Part shown: positions 41,135-56,338 of the stretch, one piece after another
Layout of the letters: each line of letters opens with the position of its first letter
How positions within the stretch are numbered: position 1 is the stretch's first letter
Source of the DNA: Octopus vulgaris
Taxonomy: Eukaryota
Assembly (NCBI GenBank): GCA_951406725.2
Contig: OX597814.1
Span: forward strand, 28,954,001-29,018,000
DNA: 64,000 nucleotides
Reading direction: 5' to 3'
The notes under the pieces: generated by a model
Database searches by the model: none
Seen by the model: the letters and a program-made list of their open reading frames with translations, nothing else
What the model was told of the DNA's origin: nothing
Made by a program: the position numbers and the translations under genes

Positions 41135-41370
41135 ATACGGCGTAGTGTTAAGAGCGCAGGCTACTAACCCCAAGAGTCCGAGTTCGATTCCAAGCAGTGA
41201 CCTGAACAGTAACAATGATAATAACATCGAAAAATACCTTAGGAATGAGAACCCAGGTTCGAAATTTCCCCAAGGAATCTGAAGAAGGCTAGAGGGTATA
41301 TCAACCGAAAATTTGTGTTAAGAACAAACAAGATGAGGACAAATATCCGTCGAGTGTAAATAATGTAAAT
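40749..41370. mobile_element. Inverted pair of ~230-bp modules (tRNA-like Pol III head + hammerhead-like motif) around a microsatellite spacer
   Basis: 40749-40976 is the reverse complement of 41142-41370; each has cgtagtg(g)ttaagagcgc and gagttcgattcc boxes; left arm minus: GCAC-CUGAAGA-...-GAAAC-GUU-GUGC (40799-40842). Confidence 0.7.
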
Positions 41371-41859
41371 ACTGTACATAATTCCTCATCTCTTAAATAT
41401 AGAACTGTATTTTTATACATTCCCTAATAATATTTAATCATAAAAATATAATAATAGGACTTTTTTAAACATTGAATGATTGTGAGGGACCACCTGAGTA
41501 TAACAGGAATCAAAGGGGTCCATCGGTAAAAAATGTAGAGGTTCCTTATTTTTGGCAATGGTTTTGGTTCTAGATGTGTTGGTGTAAACAATGGCACCGG
41601 TAACAGTGTTGTTGTTTAGACTCAGCTCGAAGTACATTGAATAAATCCATTATAAAAGGCATTCCAACTGTGACCTTTACTTCAATTTGTATTTCTAGAA
41701 CTACATTATCCATTGTTTTGCTTTGTTTTGTTTTGTTTTTTAAGAAACCGTAGAATGTAATTTGAGAGAGATATAGATGCTATTTCTAACTGCTTGAACA
41801 GCCATGTTGCGTATCTCTTATTGAGATCATCGGCCATTGTTAAGGAAGTTGATGACGGT

Positions 41860-42449
41860 TTGTGGTGGAAATGGTGGTGCTCGTGCTGCTGTTGGTGCTG
41901 TTGGAGGTACTGGTGGTGGTGGTAGTGGTGGTGGTGGTGTGCTGAGTGTGATTACATTTGCATTAGTTTTCGTTGTTTGTCCGTAGCAGTGGCTCTGAGA
42001 AGACCTATGGCCAAACGTGTTACAACTATGGACATCTCGCGCTTCTTTTAAGTATTGCTCATCTGGATTTTCATTATCTAACGTGTCTCAATTTTTAAGT
42101 CTCTCATTTGAGGCACATTTGGCTGTTGTTTCTGACAGTTGCACCAACAACACAGGCAAATTTAGATTGATGGAAATATCAATTTTGGGAACGTCGCCAA
42201 CAGTATAATATGGGGTAGCAACATTGTTGATGATGATGATGATGATGATGATAATGGTAATGGTGGTAGTAGTAGTAGTTGTGGTGGTGGTGGTGGTGGT
42301 GGTAGCGGCGGCGATGGTTGCCGTTTATTGTTGTGGAGAGGATGATGGTAATGGTTGTTGTGTTGAAATTAGGAATGGTAATCGTGTTGACATTTTTGGA
42401 GATATCGCAGTGGCGGTGATGGTGATGATGGTGATGATGGTGATGGTGG

Positions 42450-42482
<33 letters not shown>

Positions 42483-43110
42483 GGAGGAGGATACTTTAAG
42501 CGGTGGTGGCAATGATATAGATGGTATTGATTAACGTGCCAGTGGTAGTTGCGGTAATTGTAGAAGTGGAGCCGTGTAGACGTGGCGTTAGTGTTGGTTG
42601 TGAAGTGGTAGTGGTGGTGGTGGTGGTGGTGGTTGCGAAGGTAGTGGTGGTGGTGGTTGTGGTGGTGGTGGTGGTACTGGTGGTGGTGGTACTAGTGGTG
42701 GTGGCTGTGGTGGTGGTGATGGTGCAGGTGGTGTTGGAGCTAGTGCTGATGGTGGTGCTCTTGGCGCCAGTGGTGAGGATGTATAGTGAGCATAAGACTT
42801 TGGTGTAATATTTGTGAGAGATGACAAAGACAGGAACTGAGGGAAGGAGAGAAAGAGAAAGAGAGTGAGGAGACGAAGAGAGACAGAGAAAAGAGATAAA
42901 GAGAGAGAGAGAGAGAGGGAGGGAGAGATGTGAAACAAAGATACAGAAAAGAATATAGGAGTGGAAAGGAGAAAACGAAGGAGTGACAAAAGAAGTGAAG
43001 TGAGAGAGAAAGACAAAATAATTTAAGCGAGAGAAGGAGAGAGAGACAAAATAATTGCAGTGAGAGAGAAGGAAAGAAAAGTGAGAGACAGAAAGAAGAA
43101 GGGAAAAAAC
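41860..43110. repeat. (GGT)n/(GAT)n tracts followed by AG-rich tract
   Basis: Direct reading. Confidence 0.9.
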
Positions 43111-43194
43111 GGATCAATATCAGAAAATATTCGAACAGAAGGAATGAACTCGTAGTCGTCTGCTTCTTCCATTCCGTTCCCGCGCGCGCGATCC

Positions 43195-43777
43195 CCCTCT
43201 CAATTGTTCTTCCCTCCCACCACCGTTTCCAATCATTCTCTTCATACTACCATCACCGTCGTTGTCGTTACAATGCCGCCATTAATACACCCATCTTTTT
43301 TTTTCCTTTCTTCTTCATCTCACCATCACCAACACGTTATCTAACCATACATAGCAACTCTCTCTCTCCCCTCCATCAATACTACAATTCATATTCATTC
43401 GAATCCTCCCGCCATCAACGTCGCCATTGCCTTCAACGCTAACATACCTAGCGCCATTGTCACCGCCGTATTGCCATTCATATTTTACTCGACTTCACCA
43501 CCACCACCACCATTTCTAACAGCAGCAACAACAATAACAACACTATCATCACCAATATCATCGCCAGCGCTATCATTTTCTGCTATAGCAGAATCGCTAC
43601 AGCTATGGCTTTTATACACCACTGCGACCAACGTTGCAATCACCAACGCCAACACCTTTAAAAATACAAACAACGGCAATACCAATACTGGTCACGATTG
43701 CAGATGTGGCCACCATCAACGCCATCGTCATATCACCACCATCATCATCATCGTCATCATCGTCATCATCACTGTCG

Positions 43778-43809
<32 letters not shown>

Positions 43810-43888
43810 GTTATCATTATCATCACCATTGTCATCATGATCATCATTGTCATCATCATGATCACCATCATCATCATCATCATCATCG

Positions 43889-43955
<67 letters not shown>

Positions 43956-44735
43956 TGTCATTATCATTATCATCATCATCATCATCATCGTTAGAAATTC
44001 CACCATTATTATCAACTCACTGTTACAACTACCATTATTGCAAGCTTCTACCATTATACCTCTACCATCGTGGTTACAAGTACACCTCCACAACCACCAC
44101 CACTTAAGCCTCCCCCACCACAATCATTACCACCTCTAACTCCACCACCACTGACACCCCCCACCGTCTCTCCCTCTCCCACCATCATCACCATCACCAT
44201 CGCCACCACAATAACCAGCGCCACCACCATTAACACAATCGTCACCACCACCACCGCCACAACAGCTTCCATCAAGCCCCCACCACAAATACCGCAGCCG
44301 CCTCCACCACGCTCGCACCACCACCACCACTAACTCCACCAGAAGCACCCCCACCACCCCCACCACCAGCATCACCCTTATCATCCCCCCTCCCCTCCAA
44401 CAGCACCATCTCACCAACACCATCACCATCACCATCACCACCTCCAACATAAACCAACAACATCACCACAAAAACCAACACCAACAACTAACTACAACAA
44501 CAGCAATAACAACAACAACGAGAACACACACACACACACACACACATACATACATCCACCGCCGCCAACACTTCTAACCAACAACACCACCACCACCACC
44601 ACCACCGCCGCCAACACTTCTAACCAACAACACCACCACCACCACCACCACCGCCGCCGCCACCGCAACCACCACTACCACAACCTCCACCGCCGCCGCA
44701 CACCACCGCCGCACACCACCGCCGCCATCACCGCC

Positions 44736-44767
<32 letters not shown>

Positions 44768-44780
44768 CAACAACAATACC
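43195..44780. repeat. TC-rich, (CAT)n and (CAC)n/(CAA)n tracts, including a ~46-bp duplication at 44556-44655
   Basis: Direct reading. Confidence 0.9.
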
Positions 44781-44895
44781 ATATAATCTATCCCGTCTTC
44801 AACATCAAAGTTTCACCTCCCCACCTTTCTCTTCTCCAATATCTTATTTTCCTCTTCATTTATTCATTTTCATTCTTTTAGTATTATTTTTTTTC

Positions 44896-44953
<58 letters not shown>

Positions 44954-45200
44954 TTTAAATGTATTTCCTTCTTTATTTACCTATTTATTTATATTACCTA
45001 CTTTTCGTTTCTCTCTCTCACACACACATATAAAATATATTATATATATTACATATTGATATTATATATATATTAAAGCATATACATACACACACATACA
45101 CACACACACACACAGACACACATATATGCTTATCCTGTTTTATTTCTATTTTAATCGTTTTTATACATATACATACATATATATATATATATATATGTGT

Positions 45201-45273
<73 letters not shown>

Positions 45274-45309
45274 TTTATATGTATATCAATATATATATAT
45301 ATGTATATA

Positions 45310-45347
<38 letters not shown>

Positions 45348-46217
45348 CTTACGTTTTTTTTACCTGTTTTTCAAATTTCTTTTTTAATATTCAACATTTT
45401 AAAATTATTTTCCCTTTTTTTTTTATAGAATTTATTTCCTTATTTATTGGCTTCTTTATTTGTTTATTCGATAACAGAGTGCACGAGTATATGTGTAGGC
45501 GCGCGCACACACACACACATACACATACACACACACACGCACACACATACACACAACACACACACACACACATATATATACAAATACATGCCAATGGGAA
45601 TTTGTGATTGTATGTGAATATGTACACATGCTCACGCACACGCACACGCACATTTCTTCAGCCCTTTTATAGACACACACATACACACACACACACACAC
45701 GCACACACACGCACATACACACACACTCACGCACATACACACACACACACATACACACACACAGACATGCACGATGCACGCACACACGCACACACATGCA
45801 CATACATGTACACATACACACGTACGCACATACGCATACTCACATGTATGTATACAGGTATATATATATAAGCATATACATACATGCATACATTATATGC
45901 ATCTCTGTATGAATAAATGCTCCATATATGTATGTTTATTCTAGAATGTTTTTGCTCGTAGATCGGGGTATGTATAATGTAGACATACTATATACACGAA
46001 TCTGTGTTTGTATATATGCGTGTGTATGTGTGTGCTTAGATATATGAATTAGCGTATATATCTACATGCTTGTGTATATGCATGGTTATGTACATAGGAA
46101 GACTAAATATGTAAGCTTAAATGCACTTTAGCGCATTTCAATTTACGCGGATATATTCATACGCGTATGTACGTGTAAGCGCACTCGTATATTTGTCTGT
46201 GTGTCTGTGTGTGTTCG

Positions 46218-46256
<39 letters not shown>

Positions 46257-46821
46257 ACGCATATATCTGTGAATGAGCGAGGTCGAAAAATCTAAAAGCT
46301 TACACACAAACCAACACACACACACACACATGCAAGTATGTATGTACGTATAAGCATGTATGTATCTTCGCGTATGGACATTTATACGCCTAAAAGCACG
46401 TTTTCGCACACAATCACGTATTAATGCACATACACATATATATATACACATACACATACACCCACATATGAGCCAAAACTCTCATTAGATACACACGCAT
46501 ACTTAATATAAAAAGGATTGTTACATATATACGGCGAAAATACGTATTTTGCTCACTCACACGCATGCAAAAATCATTCATATACACACATGTATACTTA
46601 TAATGAAGTACATGTATATATACACGGCTAAAAGCACATATTTCCTCACACACTCTCTCTCGCTCTCTCGCTCTCTCTCTCTTTCTTTCTCTTTCTGTTT
46701 CTTCTTAGTCTCTCTCTTTCTCTTCTGTCCACACACAGAAATGCATATATATATTTATACAACAAAAAGAAACATCTTTTCTCACACACATACAAACACC
46801 AACATGTACACAAATTCTCCC

Positions 46822-46853
<32 letters not shown>

Positions 46854-47084
46854 GTCAGGCGAGCGCACATATGATTACACACAAACACACACACACATGC
46901 ATAGGTACACACACAGACATGCATAGGTACACACACACAGACACGCATACATGCGCGCATACACGCTCGCATCCACGCATGCACATACAACAAGCCCTAA
47001 TTCTCTTTTCCTTGTTGTACGAATTTTTCCCACTACCATCTCCCACTACACCTCCTAACCTACAGATATGCGTACACTTACAGC

Positions 47085-47146
<62 letters not shown>

Positions 47147-47265
47147 CATTTTCATCGCTCCTTTAATAAGTACCAATTTTCTGTTGCTTTTATTATATTT
47201 TCTGTTTTCTTCTCCCTCTAATGTTCTTTGTCGTCTGTTTTCCTTTCCTTCCCTTCTGCATGCAC

Positions 47266-47300
<35 letters not shown>

Positions 47301-47353
47301 TGTATGTATGTGTGTGTATATATAAATGTATATAAATGTATATATATATATAA

Positions 47354-47400
<47 letters not shown>

Positions 47401-47509
47401 TATACATGTATATGAATATATATATGCATATGTAAACGTATACAAGCGTATGTGCGTACATACGCATATATATATATATATATATATATCATAAACACAC
47501 ACATTAATA

Positions 47510-47561
<52 letters not shown>

Positions 47562-47947
47562 GATATATATGTATATTTATGTGTGTGTATATATCTGTGT
47601 GTGAGTGTGCGTGCGCACCTGAGCTTATGCGTGGCTGTACATATGTTCATATATATGTATGTATTTGTCTCTACATATATACATACTGCATTTCGTTACC
47701 CCTTTCTTTATTTCCTCCATTTTCTATTGATGATTCTTCTAAATTTTTCTTGTTTTTCTATTTATTTTGCCTCGCTTTCTATCTTTCTTTCCTTCTTTCT
47801 TTCTTACTTTCTTTTCTAGTGTCTTTTTTTTCCTTCCTTACATTTTGTTTTGTCTTTCGTTCTTTCATTCTTTTCCTCTCTCTCTTTTTTTTTTTTTCAT
47901 TCATCAATTTTACCCTCTATCTCTTTTATTTCACTCTCAGTCTTTTT

Positions 47948-48003
<56 letters not shown>

Positions 48004-48126
48004 GACACACATAAACACACATATATACACACACATACACACACTCACATATATCATATGTATGCATAAATATATAAAACACAAGCATACATATGTTTAT
48101 GCAATTGTCTATCTCTACGTCTTCCA

Positions 48127-48198
<72 letters not shown>

Positions 48199-48313
48199 TG
48201 CTTTAGCTATCTACATATCTAACACACTATCTATTTAACTATGTGTCTTTTTATCTAGCAATATATAAGTCGGTTCATCTATCTTATATCTATGTATCTA
48301 TCCGCTTATCTGC

Positions 48314-48391
<78 letters not shown>

Positions 48392-48505
48392 GGCTGTCTG
48401 TCTGTCTGTCTGGCTGTTTGGCTGTCTATTTGTCAATATATTTAGCTATCAATTAGTCCATCTGTCTATCTGTATGTCTGTTGTATATGTGTATATCTAA
48501 TTATA

Positions 48506-49440
<935 letters not shown>

Positions 49441-49750
49441 TTCTTATTTTCTAATTTTCCGTCTTTCCTCTTTCCACATTTTCCCTTTTCGTGGTATTTT
49501 TTCTATTTTTTTTTCTCCCATTTTTCCATCCTTTTTTATTTTTTTAAAAGTATTTCCTTACATTTATCTTCATTTTTTCTTTATATTTCTTTATTTTAAT
49601 TTTAATATTTATTTATTTAGTAGTTTTCATTTTTATTTTTATTTTTATTTTTATTTCCGTTCCTTTATTGTTTTATATATTTTTTCATCTTAATTTGTTT
49701 CTTTCTAATATCATTCCCCTCTCTCTTTCACTTCTTTCTCGCGTTATTTC

Positions 49751-49806
<56 letters not shown>

Positions 49807-50371
49807 CACCATCATCATCATCACCATCATTATCATCATCAACATCATTATCATCATTATCAACTTTTTCTTCCTTTGACCATTTCTTTTTTTTTTCCTT
49901 CTGACATTCTTTCCTTCCTTCCTTTGTTGTTTCCTTGCCTTCATACTTTCGTTCTGTTTCCAATTTCTTTCCATCTGGTATACAGGCATACATACATACA
50001 TACATACAACCAAATACAGACACATAGAAACAGCGGAGGAAGACGTATTCTTACTCACAACCAATTACTGCATACTCATGTTCACGCGGATATACACACA
50101 TATACTAATATTTATACGCATGCAAAAAGCCACATACATACATGCAATAGACAAAGAGAAACCCATGCTCTTGAAAATGGCATACTTGCATACAAAAATT
50201 ATTTGAGACCTTAAGACAGAAACATACACGCGTCCATCAATATACATAGAGAGAGGCATATATGGATAGATGCGTTTGTGTGTAGATTTATGGGTAGAAA
50301 CTTAAGAAAGTAGCACTCAATATATGGTATTGGGTTTTATATCGGTTGAGAAGCAATTAAGAGTCCACCAG

Positions 50372-50436
<65 letters not shown>

Positions 50437-50459
50437 CATATGTATGTATATATATATAT

Positions 50460-50576
50460 ATGCGCCCTTTTAAAGCCTAGAAAGGCTCATGGGTCCAGTT
50501 TCCCGGTTTCTCAGGCGTATGTGTTTCCCAGCTGGACGGGACGCCAGTCCATCGCAGCGTTACTCATTTTTGCCAT
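50460..50576 (-). mobile_element. SINE T2 tail with end of H2 body (5'-truncated)
   Basis: Matches 26322-26440. Confidence 0.8.
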
Positions 50577-50603
50577 ATAAATGAAAAAAAGTAATATATA
50601 TAT

Positions 50604-51342
50604 ACGACGGGTTTCTTTCAGTTTCCGTCTACCAAATCCACTCACAAAGCTTTAGTCGACCCGAGGCTATAGTAGAAGACACTTACCCAAGGTGCCACGC
50701 AGTGGGACAGAACCCGGAACCATGTCGTTGGTAACCCAGCTTCTTACACACAACCACTCCTGCGCGTATATATATACTCTCTTTTACTCTTTTACTTGTT
50801 TCAGTCATTTGACTGTGGCCATGCTGGAGCACCGCCTTTAGTCGAGCAAATCGACCCCAGAACTTATTCTTTGTAAGCTTAGTACTTATCCTATCGGTCT
50901 CTTTTGCCGAATCGCTAAGTTATGGGGACGTAAACACACCAGCATCGGTTGTCAAGCGATGTCGGGGGGACAAACACAGACACACAATCATATACACACA
51001 TACACACATATATATACATATATACGACGGGCTTCTTTCAGTTTCCATCTACCAAATCCACTTACAAGGCTTTGGTCAGTCCGAGGCTATAGTAGAAGAC
51101 ACTTGCCCAAGGTGCCACGCAGTGGGACTGAACCCGGAACTATGCGGTTGGTAAGCAAGCTACTTACCACACAGCCACTCCTACGCCTTTTAGATCGTTT
51201 CCAGTCATTGGACTGAGGCCATGCTGGAGGAACGCCTTGAAAGATTTAATCGAACAAATCGACCACTGTACTTATATTTTTTTAAAATATGTACTTATTC
51301 TAACAATCCCTTTTTGCCAAACCGCTAAGTTTCGGTAACGTG
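50604..51342 (-). mobile_element. Stack of SINE family A: head fragment 50604-50765, full copy 50776-51187, old tail 51190-51342
   Basis: Family A motifs repeated in the same orientation. Confidence 0.85.
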
Positions 51343-51607
51343 AATATATACGTGTGTGCACGCGGGTGGGTGAGATTGTGTATGTAATTATCCATATATA
51401 TATATGTAAATATTTATATGTATACACACTTATAGACAGAGAGTCAGACAAACTGATAGACATATAAGATATTTATACATATTCATACAAGCACACACAC
51501 ACAAACACACACACATACACGCACACTTATGTACTGACATCTGGGGTCGATGTAATCGATTATCCTCTCCCCCCAAATTTCAGGCCCCGTGCCTATTGTA
51601 GAAAGGA

Positions 51608-51695
<88 letters not shown>

Positions 51696-52339
51696 GATAT
51701 ATATATATATATAGTGATACATATATCAGTATAGAATATCGTACAAAGAGAAAGATTATGTCATACAGAGAAAATAAATCTCTAGGAAGAGTACAGTTCT
51801 TTGTTTATTCAAAGACACAGATAAAAACACATAACAATATACAGACGTAGAAATGCAAGCAGAATATCATCGGACTAAAATGTATACATATTCCATAATG
51901 AGATACAGTAATGCATTGGTAAATAAAATGGCATTCCCATATATACAAGATATAAGAGCTTAAACATTCGGAATTATACATCTCAATGCAATTACGTAAT
52001 GCCACGACGATATTCATATACAGATCTGAGCATTAACGCAATAACGTTATATTGTTCATAATTCTTGACGCTTCAAATAATACGCTTTATCGCGAATAAT
52101 AATAAAAAAAAAAAAAACAACGAATTTGACAGCTGAGATGAGCTCTACGGATACTTCACGTCTGAGCAATATTGCATGCAAGCAATTATATCATATCTGG
52201 CAGCTGTTGCAGAATTATTGACACTTGTATAATTTATATACAAACTTACACACACACACACACACACACATTTATATATACAAATATTAGTATATAAATA
52301 TAAATATATATATATACATATATGTATACATCCATATAC

Positions 52340-52377
<38 letters not shown>

Positions 52378-52443
52378 ACATCCATATACATATATATATA
52401 TATATGTATGTATGTATGCATGTACATATTAAAGTGTGTGTAT

Positions 52444-52491
<48 letters not shown>

Positions 52492-52503
52492 GTATACATC
52501 CAT

Positions 52504-52559
<56 letters not shown>

Positions 52560-52593
52560 GTATGTATGCATGTACATATTAAAGTGTGTGTAT

Positions 52594-52636
<43 letters not shown>

Positions 52637-53098
52637 CATAGACTTATATTTGTCTGTATTTATACACACTCACACACATGCACACATACACACACACATA
52701 TATAAAATTATTTATGCATATAAATAAAAATATGAAAAGATCATGTTCTTTGCTCTTAAATATGCGGAAAAAACAAACAAATATCATTTTTTTCCGGCCA
52801 TGATAATAATTTAAGCGTTATGGGGTTAAGGTGTATAAATAAACTCAGCCAATGAAATATGTTCTGTCTTCTGTTGTGTATGTGTGGGTGGTGCATCGGA
52901 ATGCATCTACTAATACAAACAATCATTGTTTGCCCGAATAGACAAAGTTTGAATTTAAATTTACGCTAACTTCATAACATATCGTTCATTTAAATTGCAT
53001 GAACACCTACATAATTAGTCTGGAACTAAACAGCTGCCGGTTAACAAATATGTGTAATGTAAGTGACTTTGATACGCACACACACACACACACAGAGG

Positions 53099-53247
53099 AT
53101 TTATTCATGATTTTTCGGCTACATACGTTTCAAATAGAATAACACATCTCAAAATGTTACAATACATCATTTATTCAGGATTTTTCGGCTACATACATTT
53201 CAAATAGAATAACACATCTCAAAATGTTGCAATACATCATTTATTCA
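53099..53247. repeat. 70-bp tandem duplication
   Basis: atttattca recurs at 53099, 53169 and 53239 with near-identical units. Confidence 0.92.
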
Positions 53248-53611
53248 CATTTAATAGATCCAATATTTGATCGATTAAAATGCTACACAGAAGGATTCAG
53301 CACCATCCTATTCTTATCAAAGGTATATTATTACCGCTTATATTGCTGCATATACGTATTTTTGAACATATTAAAGGAGTAAGTAGTACAATTGGGTCAA
53401 CTTCTACCCTTGTTTATGTTTAACGTTTCACCAATCTGAAGAGTAGGTAAATATTCTTTCTAGACCTACTTAAGAGAATGGGATTGTAATTCAATACGTA
53501 GTTTATCTAAGCATATATATATATATATACCTAGAGATAGATAGATAGTAAATAGATAGATAGACAGACAGATAAATAGATAGAGAGATACATACATACA
53601 TGCATGCATGC

Positions 53612-53678
<67 letters not shown>

Positions 53679-53690
53679 AGGTAAATATAA

Positions 53691-53721
<31 letters not shown>

Positions 53722-53814
53722 CACTTTAATACGTACATACATACATACATACATACATACTTACATGTAAATGTAAGTAAATATATGTACTTACATATAA
53801 GAGACCAAGTGTAC

Positions 53815-54097
53815 GTACGCCGCTGTATGTATATATATATATAAAAGAAAACAAAAAATGTAACACGAACGTAACAGGCGAGAACAAAACATCCGGGCAA
53901 TTAGACAATACAAAAAAAGGACAGGAGAAAACAAGGACTGGTCATTCGGGGTTTTCTATCATCCGTCGAGTTCCAGATTTTCTTGGTAGTTTCGGCCGGT
54001 TATGCACAAGACTGCTCCAATCTGTCCGGCTCCAAGAAAATCTAAGCTAAGAGCACTAGATTTCTTGGAAGAAAGCAAGCGAATATATGCATAAGTC
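53815..54097. mobile_element. (TA)n-associated non-coding element, distantly related to 19905-20090 and 21055-21225
   Basis: A-rich left part; minus GAAAC...ctggaactcgacggatgatag resembles the 21170-21222 motif. Confidence 0.4.
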
Positions 54098-54138
54098 ATA
54101 CATACATACATACATACATACATACATACATACATACA

Positions 54139-54218
<80 letters not shown>

Positions 54219-54225
54219 TGTATGT

Positions 54226-54870
54226 ATGCTGACATCGATCCTTTACTCATGTAAGACCCTTTACATACGTCATGTAAAGGTCCTTGAACACTTCCATCAG
54301 AGATGTCTGAAACACATTCTGAATGTTGGCTGGACCTTAAAAACTCCAGATACACAGGTCCTGAGGAAAGCCGATATCCTGAATATTGAGGCGATGGTGC
54401 CCAAACACCGGTTACGTTGGACTGGATACCTTGTTACAATGGATGAAAGCAGGGTCACTAAACAGATGTTATGTGGGGAACTTAGTGGAAGCGACCCCAT
54501 GAGAAGCCAAGACTGCGATTTAAGGACTGTGTAAAGTCCTTATTAAAGGCCTGGGAAATGCGGGAGGTTGACTGGGAGAGCAATGCTTGTCATTGCCACG
54601 GATACATGAAACAAGTAAAGGAGGGAGTCAATACCTTTGAAAGAGCACTTAATGTTCATGAAGAATTTAAGCGCGCTGCTCTGAAACGCACTGCTCGTGT
54701 AATGAATGGTGCAAGCTTGGCCTGCAATGTTTGCAGTTGTGTATGTTTGTCAAGAGCAGGACTCGTTAATCACCAACGGAGCTGCAAGTGTAAAGTATAA
54801 GGTAGTCTCGAGAGCGCAATGTTCCTAAAGGTCAGTAATGGTTTTCCTCGGTCACGAGAGGACGACCATC
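54226..54870 (+). pseudogene. RTE-clade (BovB-like) LINE 3' fragment with frameshift, inserted in (ATGT)n
   Basis: LEHFHQRCLKHILNVGW...HRLRWTGYLVTMDESRVTKQMLCGEL, KPRLRFKDCVK, C-terminal CNVCSCVCLSRAGLVNHQRSC zinc finger, short UTR ending gacgaccatc(atgt)n. Confidence 0.92.
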
Positions 54871-55126
54871 ATGTATGTATGTATGTATGTATGTATGTAT
54901 GTATGTATGTATGTATGTATGTATGTATATACAGATAGGCCTGTAGCTTCAGTTCTCCGAAGCTACTAGATTTAGTGTCTATATAAACAGATTAGCCAAG
55001 TGATGTTGACGCCCACCTATGATCATATCCTGATGATATTCCCAATTATGGTCGAAAATCAATTAAGGCTTTTCATTCTTTTTTGTCTGTATAGGTTTGC
55101 ATACATACATACATACATACATACAT

Positions 55127-55173
<47 letters not shown>

Positions 55174-55276
55174 GGCAGGCAGGCAGGCAGATAGACAGAC
55201 AGACAGATAGACAGACAGACAGGCAGACAGACAGACAGACAGACAGACAGGCAGGCAGACAGACAGGCAGACAGAC

Positions 55277-55344
<68 letters not shown>

Positions 55345-55626
55345 CCTCTTTAATTCTTTTTACAAGGGTCCATGAACTATCATTTTAGTAACAGTTTGTT
55401 GTTTCAGTTTCAGCCCTGAACAAATAGATCTATAACAGGGTTTTCAAGGCACGGCCTACCCAAAGGGATTTTTGTCTCTATTATCCAAGGTGACATTTAA
55501 CTTGCTTTAAGACTGTCGATGTGATTTGAGAGCGATGTGGCTGCTATTTCCAGTATGACGGCTAACACCTTAACGATTCCGTCCATTACCTTTCGGCATT
55601 TCTTTCTTGTGAAGGAAGGGAGTCTA

Positions 55627-56219
55627 CAGGGTGATTCAAAAGTCTCCATGTATCAACAACAACAGGTATCACCAGGTGTGCTATTACGAGTTCGCAATGA
55701 GTATTCAAAACAATGGTAACCATATAGAGCCTGTTAAAAAAAACAAAAAACTGTTTCTTATAAAAACTGTTTCTTACAAATAAATTGTTCTTATGTATGG
55801 ATGAAAACACTCCGTCGGTTACGACGACGAGGGTTCCAGTTGATCCGAATCAACGGAACAGCCTGCTCGTGAAATTAACGTGTTAGTGGCTGAGCACTCC
55901 ACAGACACGTGTACCCTTAACGTAGTTCTCGGGGATATTCAGCGTGACACTGAGAGTGACAAGGTCGGCCCTTTGAAATAGAGGTACAACAGAAACAGGA
56001 AGAAAGAGTGAGAGAAAGTTGTGGTGAAAGAGTACAGCAGGGATCACCACCATCCCCTGCTGGAGCCTCGTAGAGCTTTTAGGTGTTTTCGCTCAATAAA
56101 CACTCACAACGCCCGGTCTGGGAATCGAAACCGCGATCCTATGACTGCGAGTCCGCTGCCCTAACCACTAGGCCATTGCGCCTCCTGTTCTTATGTATAG
56201 CGACTTCTGAACCACTCTG
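55627..56219. mobile_element. Tc1/mariner-type MITE with nested SINE
   Basis: TA|cagggtgattcaaaagtc ... gacttctgaaccactctg|TA inverted ends. Confidence 0.7.
55799..56185 (-). mobile_element. SINE H1+T1, full length
   Basis: Homologous to 22843-23226; 13-bp TSD tgttcttatgtat (55786, 56186). Confidence 0.92.
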
Positions 56220-56338
56220 TAGAACGGCATAATGATAATAATAATTTGTTTATTTCGTAATTTTGTTAAAACAGGGAATAATAAAAATAATTCTATCACT
56301 GATGATCGTATCATTTCCTGGTTTAAAATTTATTTTAC

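Larger units (their letters stand above)
40230..41545. mobile_element. hAT-type MITE (same family as 26042-26607) carrying nested insertions 40339-41408
   Basis: Left end cagtgattttcaag; atttttatacatt duplicated at 40326 and 41409. Confidence 0.65.

Noticed and set aside
43140-43180. Similarity of minus-strand cggaatggaagaag to miR-1 (UGGAAUGUAAAGAAG)
   Set aside because: Seed region mismatched, wrong hairpin arm and stem too short; not called miR-1
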